A DNA stretch of 64,000 nt from an uncultured virus (IMG/VR IMGVR_UViG_3300025288_000019) (taxonomy: Duplodnaviria; Heunggongvirae; Uroviricota; Caudoviricetes; Schitoviridae). Each line of letters opens with the position of its first letter. Position 1 is the stretch's first letter. Both the position numbers and the translations under genes were made by a program. This document shows, piece by piece, positions 1-8,317 of the stretch. Under the pieces are notes generated by a model. The model had not been told where the DNA came from, made no database searches, and saw only the letters and a list, made by a program, of their open reading frames with translations. The stretch lies in IMG/VR virus record IMGVR_UViG_3300025288_000019; one strand, written 5' to 3'.

Positions 1-111
1 TACTGGTCAATATCCGCCATCTCCGCCACTACCGCCTGCTGCCTGAGTGTTTCACTGCAAAGGGAGTAGGAGGCTTTGATGCACATCGCCCCGAGCTGAA
101 TCAATTCCTTC

Positions 112-356
<245 letters not shown>

Positions 357-369
<13 letters not shown>

Positions 370-698
370 TCCGGCACCGCCTTGATTGACTTAGTGGCCT
401 TTGCTGTCGCGGGGATAATCTCTATTGCTTGGGTTAAAATTATTGATGCCACCGGCCCTGGGAATTTGCAGTTTTTAGCATCATTGGTTCCATCAATAGC
501 CAACTGTGATAAACTTGCTGCTCCTGCCCAGTACCAAATCCTCCTTGCTCCCAGTAACTCGACTTCCTGACCATTTCGTGTTTTAAGGTATCCCGCAAAA
601 ACACCTGCAGAATATGTCCTAACAATTACATATTCTTTATCTTTGGTCGTTGGTTTACGCACATATTCTACCCCGTTGATCTCAATTAATTCTCCCAT
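357..698 (-). CDS. Conserved phage protein (DUF6948-like)
   Basis: [13 protein letters not shown]...[17 protein letters not shown] motif; GAGGAG RBS upstream. Confidence 0.75.
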
Positions 699-811
699 GA
701 CTTGCTATCTCCTCTCTTGATTGGTATTGGGTACACGCCCCATTGATCATCATTGCCCCTGTAAGCCTCATACTGGCAGGGGCGCTTTTGTTTGAAGTTT
801 CCTCTCTTCAT
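686..811 (-). CDS. Small hypothetical protein (41 aa, MKRGNFKQK...)
   Basis: Hand-translated; ATGA overlap with the rusA stop; fills the gap in the operon. Confidence 0.4.
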   Translation of the reverse strand: MKRGNFKQKRPCQYEAYRGNDDQWGVYPIPIKRGDSKSWEN

Positions 812-1224
812 ATTTCCGACACCTCAATCTCTGTCGCGGCATCCTCACCCCACACCGCCCAGCGTTTCGTTACGGCGAGGCTCACCACCTGCTTATCATC
901 GGCCCACGCCTCACCGTTTAGGCAATCAAGCGCGAATTTAGCGATGTTATCGACATCCTTTTTGTGTGTACAATGCCTAGCTGCCGCTGATCTCAACACG
1001 GTAGCGTTAGCTCCTGTCCCGTAGTGCGATTTAGGCCGTGAGAATACCGCCTCAATCTCTACCTTTAGCGCCCCTTCCATCTTTCTTTTGATCTGCTGTC
1101 TGGCTGTCAATAGCCAACGTCCGGCCTCTGTCTCCTGCGGGTTATAGGTATGGACAAACTTTCCCCGTCTGGCAAATCGTGGACGCTGCTGGGCTATTGG
1201 TTCACCGGGAATTGAGATTCTCAT
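808..1224 (-). CDS. rusA: RusA-family Holliday junction resolvase (copy 1)
   Basis: IPGEPIAQQRPR N-terminus; KKDVDNIAKFALDCLNGEAWADDKQV catalytic Asp motif. Confidence 0.9.
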   Translation of the reverse strand: MRISIPGEPIAQQRPRFARRGKFVHTYNPQETEAGRWLLTARQQIKRKMEGALKVEIEAVFSRPKSHYGTGANATVLRSAAARHCTHKKDVDNIAKFALDCLNGEAWADDKQVVSLAVTKRWAVWGEDAATEIEVSEI

Positions 1225-1385
1225 TTGCCCCTCTCATAGAAATGGCTACACTCAATCTTTCCGTCCTTGTCCGAATAGACGAAATAGGCGTAGCCCTGCG
1301 CGTATATGTCGTCTGGTGCTATCTTGCGGTAGCACTTGTCAGCTAACGGACACGATGTTGTTCCACATTTGGTAATATCAGTCAT
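1221..1385 (-). CDS. Small Cys-rich phage protein (54 aa, MTDITKCGTTSCPLADKCYR...)
   Basis: Hand-translated; ATGA overlaps at both ends; GGAGGA upstream. Confidence 0.65.
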   Translation of the reverse strand: MTDITKCGTTSCPLADKCYRKIAPDDIYAQGYAYFVYSDKDGKIECSHFYERGK

Positions 1386-1501
1386 TCCGCGTCCTCCTCG
1401 GCGGGCATCAGGTTCGCCAGGCAGAAGGCGTTGACGCTCCTCTGCACCGAATATTTACGGCATCGAACTACTTCACCGTTGATTTCAATCAATTCTTCCA
1501 T
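1382..1501 (-). CDS. 39-aa chimeric/relic ORF (MEELIEINGEVV...)
   Basis: GGAGGA RBS; N-terminus nearly identical to the 357-698 gene start (MGELIEING). Confidence 0.45.
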   Translation of the reverse strand: MEELIEINGEVVRCRKYSVQRSVNAFCLANLMPAEEDAE

Positions 1502-1586
1502 CTTAGTATTTCCTCCTATGTTTAAGATCAGCAGATATTGCCGATCAAAATTACAATTTTCCGTATGTGCTACATAAGTTACTTTT

Positions 1587-2075
1587 TTACCATCCAGCTG
1601 CTTTTATCAAATTATTCAGTATAACTACTGAGTTGCTCGCTTTTTGATACTCTTCAAATTTAATACCAGGTAAATCTAGTATATTTTGCATTTTTCCTAT
1701 AAATTTAAATATTGGGTTAAACTTTCTACGCCGGGTAGAGTTATACTTTATATATGTATCAAATAAATCATTAGCAATAGCATCTGCTATCGCTAAAAAG
1801 CACAGTAAAGACAGCTTACCTGTTTCTTTATACCATTGGCTCTGTTGAATAAATTCTTCCCATAATCCTACAATTTCAATACTCTTCTTGTATATTTTAG
1901 GATTTGTATCTGCCACATCTAAAGGCCACGCTTCTAATGTGCATACTGTATAATTATAAGCAGTTTGTGCTATTTTATAAACAGGAGACTTTGCTTTGCA
2001 TCTATCTTTAATCTGGCTAAAGCATCCTGCTACTACACAAAGTAATGTTATTGTTTTTCTATTAGCTTTACTCAA
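1587..2075 (-). CDS. Hypothetical protein
   Basis: 162-aa ORF in the operon. Confidence 0.65.
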   Translation of the reverse strand: MSKANRKTITLLCVVAGCFSQIKDRCKAKSPVYKIAQTAYNYTVCTLEAWPLDVADTNPKIYKKSIEIVGLWEEFIQQSQWYKETGKLSLLCFLAIADAIANDLFDTYIKYNSTRRRKFNPIFKFIGKMQNILDLPGIKFEEYQKASNSVVILNNLIKAAGW

Positions 2076-2511
2076 TGTATGCCTTCTCCTTAAATGGTTC
2101 GTTTACTTTTGTTAGTATAGCTTTCTTAATACCATGTTCTTTAGCCTTACTATTAGATGATGTCCAAATATCCACTCTATGCTTCCACCTAGAGTGCATG
2201 GTGTCTTCAACTTTAAACACTCCATATCCTTCCAAATAAACTGTTTTTCCTTTAAATCTTTCTTTTAAATCATGTGAAATTGCGAGCACACCTTTACGAG
2301 CTTTAGTACCTGATGATGTTATGCCTCTATTTGTATACATAGTGACTTCTACGAGGACTTTAGCAAGTGGCACGAGTGGTACAACCTGTTTAACAATTTG
2401 AGGCTGTACAGGCATTTTTGATGGTTTTATGTTATGAAGAATTTGTGGATTTATAAGAAATAGCGTTATCATAGTGCTGATAGCAACTATTCTACTCATT
2501 ATAACCTCCAA
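2068..2511 (-). CDS. 3D-domain (MltA-like) putative peptidoglycan hydrolase with N-terminal hydrophobic anchor
   Basis: VTMY..ITSSG..GVLAIS.D..VYLEGYGVFKVEDT..RVDIW, the 3D-domain pattern; hydrophobic IVAISTMITLFLI; true start probably the downstream Met (MSRIV). Confidence 0.75.
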   Translation of the reverse strand: MEVIMSRIVAISTMITLFLINPQILHNIKPSKMPVQPQIVKQVVPLVPLAKVLVEVTMYTNRGITSSGTKARKGVLAISHDLKERFKGKTVYLEGYGVFKVEDTMHSRWKHRVDIWTSSNSKAKEHGIKKAILTKVNEPFKEKAYIE

Positions 2512-2520
2512 TATCTAATA

Positions 2521-2727
2521 TTATGAATATAAATGTTCAAAAGACAGGTGTATAATCTGATCTAATTCTTCTTCTGTGATACTAATATGTTTACACTGGT
2601 TTCTAAGAGCATTTTTAAACTCTTCTTGCGTATATTTTTCTTTTTTCCTTACTTTTTCTGCGAATACTGTTCTAGCAGCTCCTAGTACACACGCTTTTAA
2701 CTCATCATTCAAAGTTATCTGTGTCAT
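2521..2727 (-). CDS. Hypothetical protein
   Basis: ORF with AAGGAG RBS. Confidence 0.6.
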   Translation of the reverse strand: MTQITLNDELKACVLGAARTVFAEKVRKKEKYTQEEFKNALRNQCKHISITEEELDQIIHLSFEHLYS

Positions 2728-2881
2728 TATCGTCTCCTTCCATAATAGAATAAATCTTCCCAGCGTAATGAATATCTAGCTCTACTGGTTCCTCGCGTAA
2801 CTTATCTAGCGCAATACTAAATGCTTCTTTAGCAGTTCCTGTTATAATAGTTGTACTCCATGTAACAGTAAATTTACGCAT
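2705..2881 (-). CDS. Hypothetical protein (58 aa, MRKFTVTWSTT...)
   Basis: Hand-translated; AAGGAG RBS. Confidence 0.55.
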   Translation of the reverse strand: MRKFTVTWSTTIITGTAKEAFSIALDKLREEPVELDIHYAGKIYSIMEGDDNDTDNFE

Positions 2882-2929
2882 ATACAGTAATCTCCTTAAT
2901 TTTATTATTTTTGTCGCAGCCTGATAAAA

Positions 2930-3835
2930 TCAGGCATCACGTTTGAATAGCGTTTCACAGACAACTGTCTTCGAAAATCTACACACAGCGACTGCCATTG
3001 GTGACACAATTTTGTAGGTAACTCCCTTCGAATAAACACAAACAGTGGAATTATCCAACATTTCCTGTACTGTAGATATGTCCCACATCTTTTGCACAGT
3101 AGACGCATCTAACAGTTCTTGTACAATAGAGTTGTCTCTCATCTCTTGTACAATAGAGTTGTCTCTCATCTCTTGCACGGTAGAATCGCCCCACATTTTC
3201 CGTACTGTGGAGTAATCCCACATTTTCCGTACTGTGGAGTAATTCCACATTTCGTGTACTGTGGAGTAACCCCGCATCTGATGTACTGTGGAATTGTCTA
3301 ACATCTTGTGTACTGTAGAATCGCCCAGCATATCTTGCACAATAGAGGTATCTAACATCTTCCGTACAATAGAGTTGTCTCTCATTTTTTGCACAATAGA
3401 GTTACTCCGCATTTCCTGTACAATAGAGTTGTTCCACATCTCTTGCACAGTGGAGTTAATCAATTTTTTGATAGTGGAATTTCTGACGAACAGACCTTTT
3501 TTACCAGAAACCTCGTCAAGTTCAACCCCATCAATCAGGCATTCGGAGAGACATTCCTTCAACGCTGAAAAAGCTGCAACTTTATGAGCCGGAGAAAACC
3601 ATTCTGGTACTGTTTTTTCATCAACACTAAAATTCCATTTTTTTAAATCTTTCTCGAATGCACCATCTAATGCTGAAGGTGGGATAATCTCTACCCTGGC
3701 GAACTTCAATGCCGATTGGTCGTGGGTATTATCATTTATCTTGTACTTTTCTAAAATTTCATGGTGGGCATTTAATCCAGCTTCCCATATGACTTTTTTA
3801 TTTTTCATCACAATGCAACTAAAAAATTCACACAT
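2930..3835 (-). CDS. Phage protein with conserved MCEFFS N-domain and 9-aa tandem repeats (predicted beta-solenoid)
   Basis: AAGGAG RBS before the ATG at 3835; 15 copies of xS(T/I)VxxMxx. Confidence 0.75.
   Translation of the reverse strand: MCEFFSCIVMKNKKVIWEAGLNAHHEILEKYKINDNTHDQSALKFARVEIIPPSALDGAFEKDLKKWNFSVDEKTVPEWFSPAHKVAAFSALKECLSECLIDGVELDEVSGKKGLFVRNSTIKKLINSTVQEMWNNSIVQEMRSNSIVQKMRDNSIVRKMLDTSIVQDMLGDSTVHKMLDNSTVHQMRGYSTVHEMWNYSTVRKMWDYSTVRKMWGDSTVQEMRDNSIVQEMRDNSIVQELLDASTVQKMWDISTVQEMLDNSTVCVYSKGVTYKIVSPMAVAVCRFSKTVVCETLFKRDA
3041..3457 (-). repeat. 15 x 27-bp degenerate coding tandem repeat
   Basis: Units NSTVQEMWN, NSIVQEMRS ... ISTVQEMLD plus a partial NSTV. Confidence 0.9.
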
Positions 3836-3985
3836 TTCTACTCCTTTTGGTTTATTGTTGTATGGGTTAGTCTCAGGTGTGGCAAAATTTGAGACCAGGT
3901 CTTGCAATCATGCAAAAAGGCTGCGCAGCTTAAGATACCTAACCTCTAGTTCAACACTTTTCGACCTTCATAGGCATGTACCGAT

Positions 3986-4465
3986 TCAACTTTCATTTTT
4001 GCTCGCATCTGACTCATTGTGATTCTCCTTTTGTTTTGAGTTTTCCAACTTGGTATAAATCTTATCTTGCACGTTTATCTTGAGCCACCCAATCAGGTAA
4101 CACATGATTTCTTCTGTCTCCCTACATTGGGGTATCCCGCATACCTCCATAATCGTGCAAGCCGCGTGGGCCAACTCATGAGCAACCACACTTGCCCTCT
4201 TCAAATCTTTAACCCAGACAAAAACATCACCACCACTATCTCTCACGCAACCATCAGCGGTATGGGTAAGCGACACTTGAGTTCTTTTCTTGCGGAGTCG
4301 GTAAATTGCTTCTTCAGCGTCTTCTGCCGGGCATCCACCAACAAAGAAAACCGACCTGCCAAAAATAGGGACATGCACTAAATGGGTAATCAATATCTTT
4401 CCTCGGTAAAATAGCCCAACAAACGCATCAACGCAGACGGCGGGACGCTCTGATAACGTCTTCAT
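3986..4465 (-). CDS. Small zincin-like (HExxH) phage protein
   Basis: VVAHELAHAA...EEIMCYL motif; start uncertain. Confidence 0.65.
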   Translation of the reverse strand: MKTLSERPAVCVDAFVGLFYRGKILITHLVHVPIFGRSVFFVGGCPAEDAEEAIYRLRKKRTQVSLTHTADGCVRDSGGDVFVWVKDLKRASVVAHELAHAACTIMEVCGIPQCRETEEIMCYLIGWLKINVQDKIYTKLENSKQKENHNESDASKNES

Positions 4466-4477
4466 GATAATGAATGA

Positions 4478-4660
4478 TTAGGCTGCTTTTTCACATTCAG
4501 CTTCATAAAGGTCTAACCGGCGCTCAACCTCTTTGTAGAGGTCATGTTTGTCCTTCTCATTCAGCACCGGCATGGGGGCAAATAATATCATGTTTCTTTT
4601 CAGCTCCTCGACAACCTCTAGCGCTTTTCTCATTAATACAGGACTTGCTTTTTCAATCAT
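4478..4660 (-). CDS. Hypothetical protein
   Basis: ORF with AAGGAG RBS. Confidence 0.6.
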   Translation of the reverse strand: MIEKASPVLMRKALEVVEELKRNMILFAPMPVLNEKDKHDLYKEVERRLDLYEAECEKAA

Positions 4661-4695
4661 AAGTCACTCCTTATAGTTTATTTTTCATGTTGTTC

Positions 4696-4962
4696 TCAAC
4701 AAGTTGAAATTTTTTCAGCAGTACAACCATAATCAAAGTTTGGGTGATGTATTACAGGTACACTACTATCAGTGACTTCAACACGTGTAACATCAAACCA
4801 GCAAGAGTCCTTAAATTCTCCTTTTTCATCCAAATCAGGGTGAACAAGTATTTGTGCACAGGCGTACAAATTAAACCTGACACTTGTTACAACCCCAGTC
4901 ATTCCAGTTATTTTGTCTTTGCAGGGCATACCCAATAATTCTAAATGTTTGCGTACTTGCAT
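4696..4962 (-). CDS. Conserved hypothetical phage protein (KDKITGMTGVVT...WFD)
   Basis: Recognisable small phage-protein motif; GAGG RBS. Confidence 0.65.
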   Translation of the reverse strand: MQVRKHLELLGMPCKDKITGMTGVVTSVRFNLYACAQILVHPDLDEKGEFKDSCWFDVTRVEVTDSSVPVIHHPNFDYGCTAEKISTC

Positions 4963-5000
4963 AAATTATCCTCTATTTCTCATGGTTTAAAAACTTCACT

Positions 5001-5813
5001 TTACTTTCCAGCCACACTCGGTTTGAGTTCACCAAATATACCGGGGTATAAGATTCTAAACTCTTCTAATACGGGGTTCATTAGTGCTTTCACCATAGGA
5101 TCAGCACCACCTTGACATCGCATATAAAATAAATGTTTCCAGTGAACCAATGATCCATACATAATCAATTCTGTTTTAGTATCATTAGGAAGAACACTTC
5201 GGGCTTGTTGTGGTTGTAGTTTTTTAAGATTGAGCAAGTCGCCATACAATATTTCACTTGCATGCATACCAGTTTTCCAGCAGTCCTGTGAATCCTCTGT
5301 GTTAGCCCATAATGGTTTAATAAATTCAATTCCTCCAGGCTTATCATAGCGTACATATCTTTGTGACTCCTGGAGTACACTAAACACTCTATGACGCACT
5401 AACTGATGTGAAATTGCTCTATTAGTAATCAGCTTTACTGCTTGATACCGGAACCTGGCATAGTCAGCAGTATTAAATTGTGGAAATTCTACTTTTGGCA
5501 TTTTTAGTATTGTATCAAAATCACACCCAACTTCTAACCATGCCCTAACTGAGCCAGAGGCATAACGACAATTATTATAAGATATTTGTGTGATATATGG
5601 AGAAGTATACTTATGGTTAAGATTAAGTGTAGTAACTCTACCCATTTCTAATGCGCTCATGTGCCCATTTTTTAAGCAATGCTGTACTCTTTTAATGTTG
5701 GCTTCAGTATTATCTCCATCTGACTGATAACAAATTGCTGCCCTAGAACCAATCTGCTGTATTAGATCATCTTGTTCAGGAAGTAATTGATGTGATTGTT
5801 CAATAATTTTCAC
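5001..5813 (-). CDS. thyX: FAD-dependent thymidylate synthase
   Basis: GHMSALE and RAISHQLVRHRVFSVLQESQRY (RHRx7S) motifs; PQQARSVLP. Confidence 0.93.
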   Translation of the reverse strand: MKIIEQSHQLLPEQDDLIQQIGSRAAICYQSDGDNTEANIKRVQHCLKNGHMSALEMGRVTTLNLNHKYTSPYITQISYNNCRYASGSVRAWLEVGCDFDTILKMPKVEFPQFNTADYARFRYQAVKLITNRAISHQLVRHRVFSVLQESQRYVRYDKPGGIEFIKPLWANTEDSQDCWKTGMHASEILYGDLLNLKKLQPQQARSVLPNDTKTELIMYGSLVHWKHLFYMRCQGGADPMVKALMNPVLEEFRILYPGIFGELKPSVAGK

Positions 5814-6076
5814 AATGATCTCCCTTTTGTAAGTACGCTGTAATTATAATCTGTATACACTGTTTCCATCTTATTAAGCATTGCAACTACATTTGTAATG
5901 TGGAGATTACTTCTGAATTGCGTGTAAATATCTAGCATTTCCCCACCAAATCTAATACGATCAGCTATATCATCTTTTACAGAATCAACTAATCCTTCAT
6001 TAAAAGTAGCATACACCGTTTCTGGCAAAATAATATCTGCATTAAGTAGCAGATTACCTTTACGTTTTACATTCAT
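5810..6076 (-). CDS. Hypothetical protein
   Basis: ORF overlapping the thyX start; AGGAG RBS. Confidence 0.6.
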   Translation of the reverse strand: MNVKRKGNLLLNADIILPETVYATFNEGLVDSVKDDIADRIRFGGEMLDIYTQFRSNLHITNVVAMLNKMETVYTDYNYSVLTKGRSL

Positions 6077-6086
6077 TGTGTATCTC

Positions 6087-6308
6087 CTAAGTAAGAATTT
6101 TATACCCTTCCTTATCTGTTATAAAATAACAAGGATTCCTATCTTGAGATTCTTCATGTTCGTTAAGAATTTTAACTGTGTATTCTGCATTTTCTAGTTT
6201 AACCCAGCTTTCAACTACATAATTGATACCATTCTCTTCATAACAAACAAAATAGTTAGCAGTTGACTTACTAAGTGAACTCTTAGAAACTCTTGTAAAA
6301 TTTAACAT
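6087..6308 (-). CDS. Hypothetical protein
   Basis: ORF in the operon. Confidence 0.6.
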   Translation of the reverse strand: MLNFTRVSKSSLSKSTANYFVCYEENGINYVVESWVKLENAEYTVKILNEHEESQDRNPCYFITDKEGYKILT

Positions 6309-6332
6309 AGTATCACCATATGTTTAAAATAG

Positions 6333-6371
6333 AAACCCTGTTAATAATAATAGTATTTATTAACAGGGTTT
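6333..6371. terminator. Intrinsic terminator-like hairpin
   Basis: 15-bp inverted repeat aaaccctgttaataa/ttattaacagggttt. Confidence 0.7.
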
Positions 6372-6375
6372 TTAG

Positions 6376-6540
6376 TTATTTACGACTATCTTTAATACAA
6401 ATATAAATAATACAAAATAAAACAGTTACTATTATTAGTGTGGGTAATATAGTAATTATTAAAGGACTTAATATAACTAAACTAGCAATTAAAATCAGCA
6501 CAATAACGGTAAGGAGAATATCTCCTACTGTGCGAAACAT
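6376..6540 (-). CDS. Small two-TM membrane protein (54 aa), holin-like
   Basis: Hand-translated MFRTVGDILLTVIVLILIASLVILSPLIITILPTLIIVTVLFCIIYICIKDSRK; two hydrophobic stretches and a basic C-terminus. Confidence 0.6.
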   Translation of the reverse strand: MFRTVGDILLTVIVLILIASLVILSPLIITILPTLIIVTVLFCIIYICIKDSRK

Positions 6541-6542
6541 AA

Positions 6543-6785
6543 CTAGTTACCGAATAAATTAGGAGTTTCCTGTGCAACTTGGGATTCACCCACAGCAGCA
6601 TTTGCTAATACAGCTACTTCTACCTGACTTGGTGCTACAATATCTACTATTGCGGAATACCCATTATATTTTCGCCCAGCTTTAAAAGTAACAGTAACAT
6701 TTTTATCTGTAGTATCAATGCCTGTTGTATTGATGTATTGAATAACTGCTTGTGTAATATCAGAATGAGTTAATGTGATTCGCAT
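6543..6785 (-). CDS. N4-like conserved hypothetical protein downstream of ssb
   Basis: Start re-called at MRITLTHSDITQAV with AAGGAG RBS; ends in LFG. Confidence 0.65.
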   Translation of the reverse strand: MRITLTHSDITQAVIQYINTTGIDTTDKNVTVTFKAGRKYNGYSAIVDIVAPSQVEVAVLANAAVGESQVAQETPNLFGN

Positions 6786-6795
6786 AGCTTTCTCC

Positions 6796-7521
6796 TTAAG
6801 CAAACAGATTTTGTGCTGATGTTTTAGTTTTTGCATTATTAACAGGTTTTGCGTTTGCCACTACAGCAGAACTTTTATCTTTGGTTACACCCTTCCATTT
6901 TTCAACCCATTTTTGCTTAAAAACAGGTTCTGTAGCTGCTGCTTTAATCTCTGTGATTGTAAGGCCATCTTGCTGACGAAATAACTTGTTAATCTCGTTT
7001 TCAGTGCGTGTTTCGCTGGATGCTACATAAGTTCCAGTATTTGCATCCAGTTCATTTTTATTTACAATTTGCTTTAGAACACCCGCAGTTACACTTTTAC
7101 CCAACAATTCAATAAGCATATCAACTTTTGTTGGGATTTCTTTTTTAACTGAGTAATCGTATAAATTTATTACCTTTGGTTCTGTATTCATTTTACTAAT
7201 TTCTTCTCCTACAGTCAGCAAGCACAAACTATTTGCCATAGTAAATCCAGGTAAATATTGTTTGTCTCCTTGCTTGTTTTCATAATAATTTTTGCAGCCT
7301 TTAGCTTCACCTGAGGTCATCCAAAATTGTTGTCTAAGCTGCTTACCATCAACAGTCTTGAAATGAACATTTAAAGCCATCGCTTTATTCGCTGAATATG
7401 TGACAAACGCCACTTCAATAGTTAGGTCATACACATCTGACTCTAATACTGAGTATCCACCAAGAGTGTCTGAGTCTGCAATAATATCTTCAGTTGTTAC
7501 TAAACTTTTAAGTAATGACAT
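6796..7521 (-). CDS. ssb: N4-like single-stranded DNA-binding protein (gp45-like)
   Basis: DTLGGYSVLESDVY, QYLPGF, ENEINKLF and C-terminal LFA; synteny after the gp44-like gene. Confidence 0.85.
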   Translation of the reverse strand: MSLLKSLVTTEDIIADSDTLGGYSVLESDVYDLTIEVAFVTYSANKAMALNVHFKTVDGKQLRQQFWMTSGEAKGCKNYYENKQGDKQYLPGFTMANSLCLLTVGEEISKMNTEPKVINLYDYSVKKEIPTKVDMLIELLGKSVTAGVLKQIVNKNELDANTGTYVASSETRTENEINKLFRQQDGLTITEIKAAATEPVFKQKWVEKWKGVTKDKSSAVVANAKPVNNAKTKTSAQNLFA

Positions 7522-7580
7522 AAGTTAAATCTCCTATTTATTAAGTATGAAAATACTAACTATTACAATAATAGCTAGTG

Positions 7581-8309
7581 TTAGTTATAATACTCATGCA
7601 ATTTATTAAGTAAAAATTGTGCGTTATTGTCTATGTATGTTTCGTTAATACTCCACATTCCCATAGACGATCTAATACGTTCATTCACAGTTTCTTTAGT
7701 TACTCGTGTTTGATAAACATACTTATAGCCAAGCATTTCTTCTTCTGGGTTAACTGTTAATAAACTGTTTTGATATGGGTCAAGCTTAGTTAAAGGTAAC
7801 TTTTTAGCACTTACTATAGTACTAAAGTACGCTTCTACACCATTATTTTTTAATGCTCCTTTAATTGGTATTTTCTTTTCCATAACCATTTCTAATTCGT
7901 TTAGCGTTGCTAAAGTATGAGCAGTAAATATTACATTTTTAGAAGATGGTGCGACACGTTGTTGCATTAAATTTTTAAAAAACTGTGCGTAATCACTCCA
8001 TGCTTTCATTGTATTAGTTGATCCAATCACGTATAAACTTTCATACATATCCATAAGAAACGTTAAACTATCAATAATAATTGTATGTATTTCAGAATGT
8101 TCTTCAGCTTGAGTAAAAGCAGTCTCTACAACATAAGGGTCAGTAACAATAACTTCTTTAAATTTAGACTGAAATGGCAATTTCTTACCTGCTTCACAGT
8201 TTAGATAAACTACTCCTTCTGGGTTATCTAAAAAACTAAGTGACGCAGATTTACCCGTAGAGCTTTCACCGCATATAAGTATTAAGTGGTCATTTCCATT
8301 TTGAGCCAT
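7581..8309 (-). CDS. Sak4-like AAA_24 ATPase / ssDNA annealing protein (N4 gp44-like)
   Basis: Walker A GESSTGKS, NCEAGK, IIIDSLT, IFTAH. Confidence 0.85.
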   Translation of the reverse strand: MAQNGNDHLILICGESSTGKSASLSFLDNPEGVVYLNCEAGKKLPFQSKFKEVIVTDPYVVETAFTQAEEHSEIHTIIIDSLTFLMDMYESLYVIGSTNTMKAWSDYAQFFKNLMQQRVAPSSKNVIFTAHTLATLNELEMVMEKKIPIKGALKNNGVEAYFSTIVSAKKLPLTKLDPYQNSLLTVNPEEEMLGYKYVYQTRVTKETVNERIRSSMGMWSINETYIDNNAQFLLNKLHEYYN

Positions 8310-8317
8310 ATTACTCC

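Noticed and set aside
3041..3457. 27-bp repeats as a CRISPR array
   Set aside because: Contiguous degenerate units with no spacers, in frame within a CDS; no cas genes
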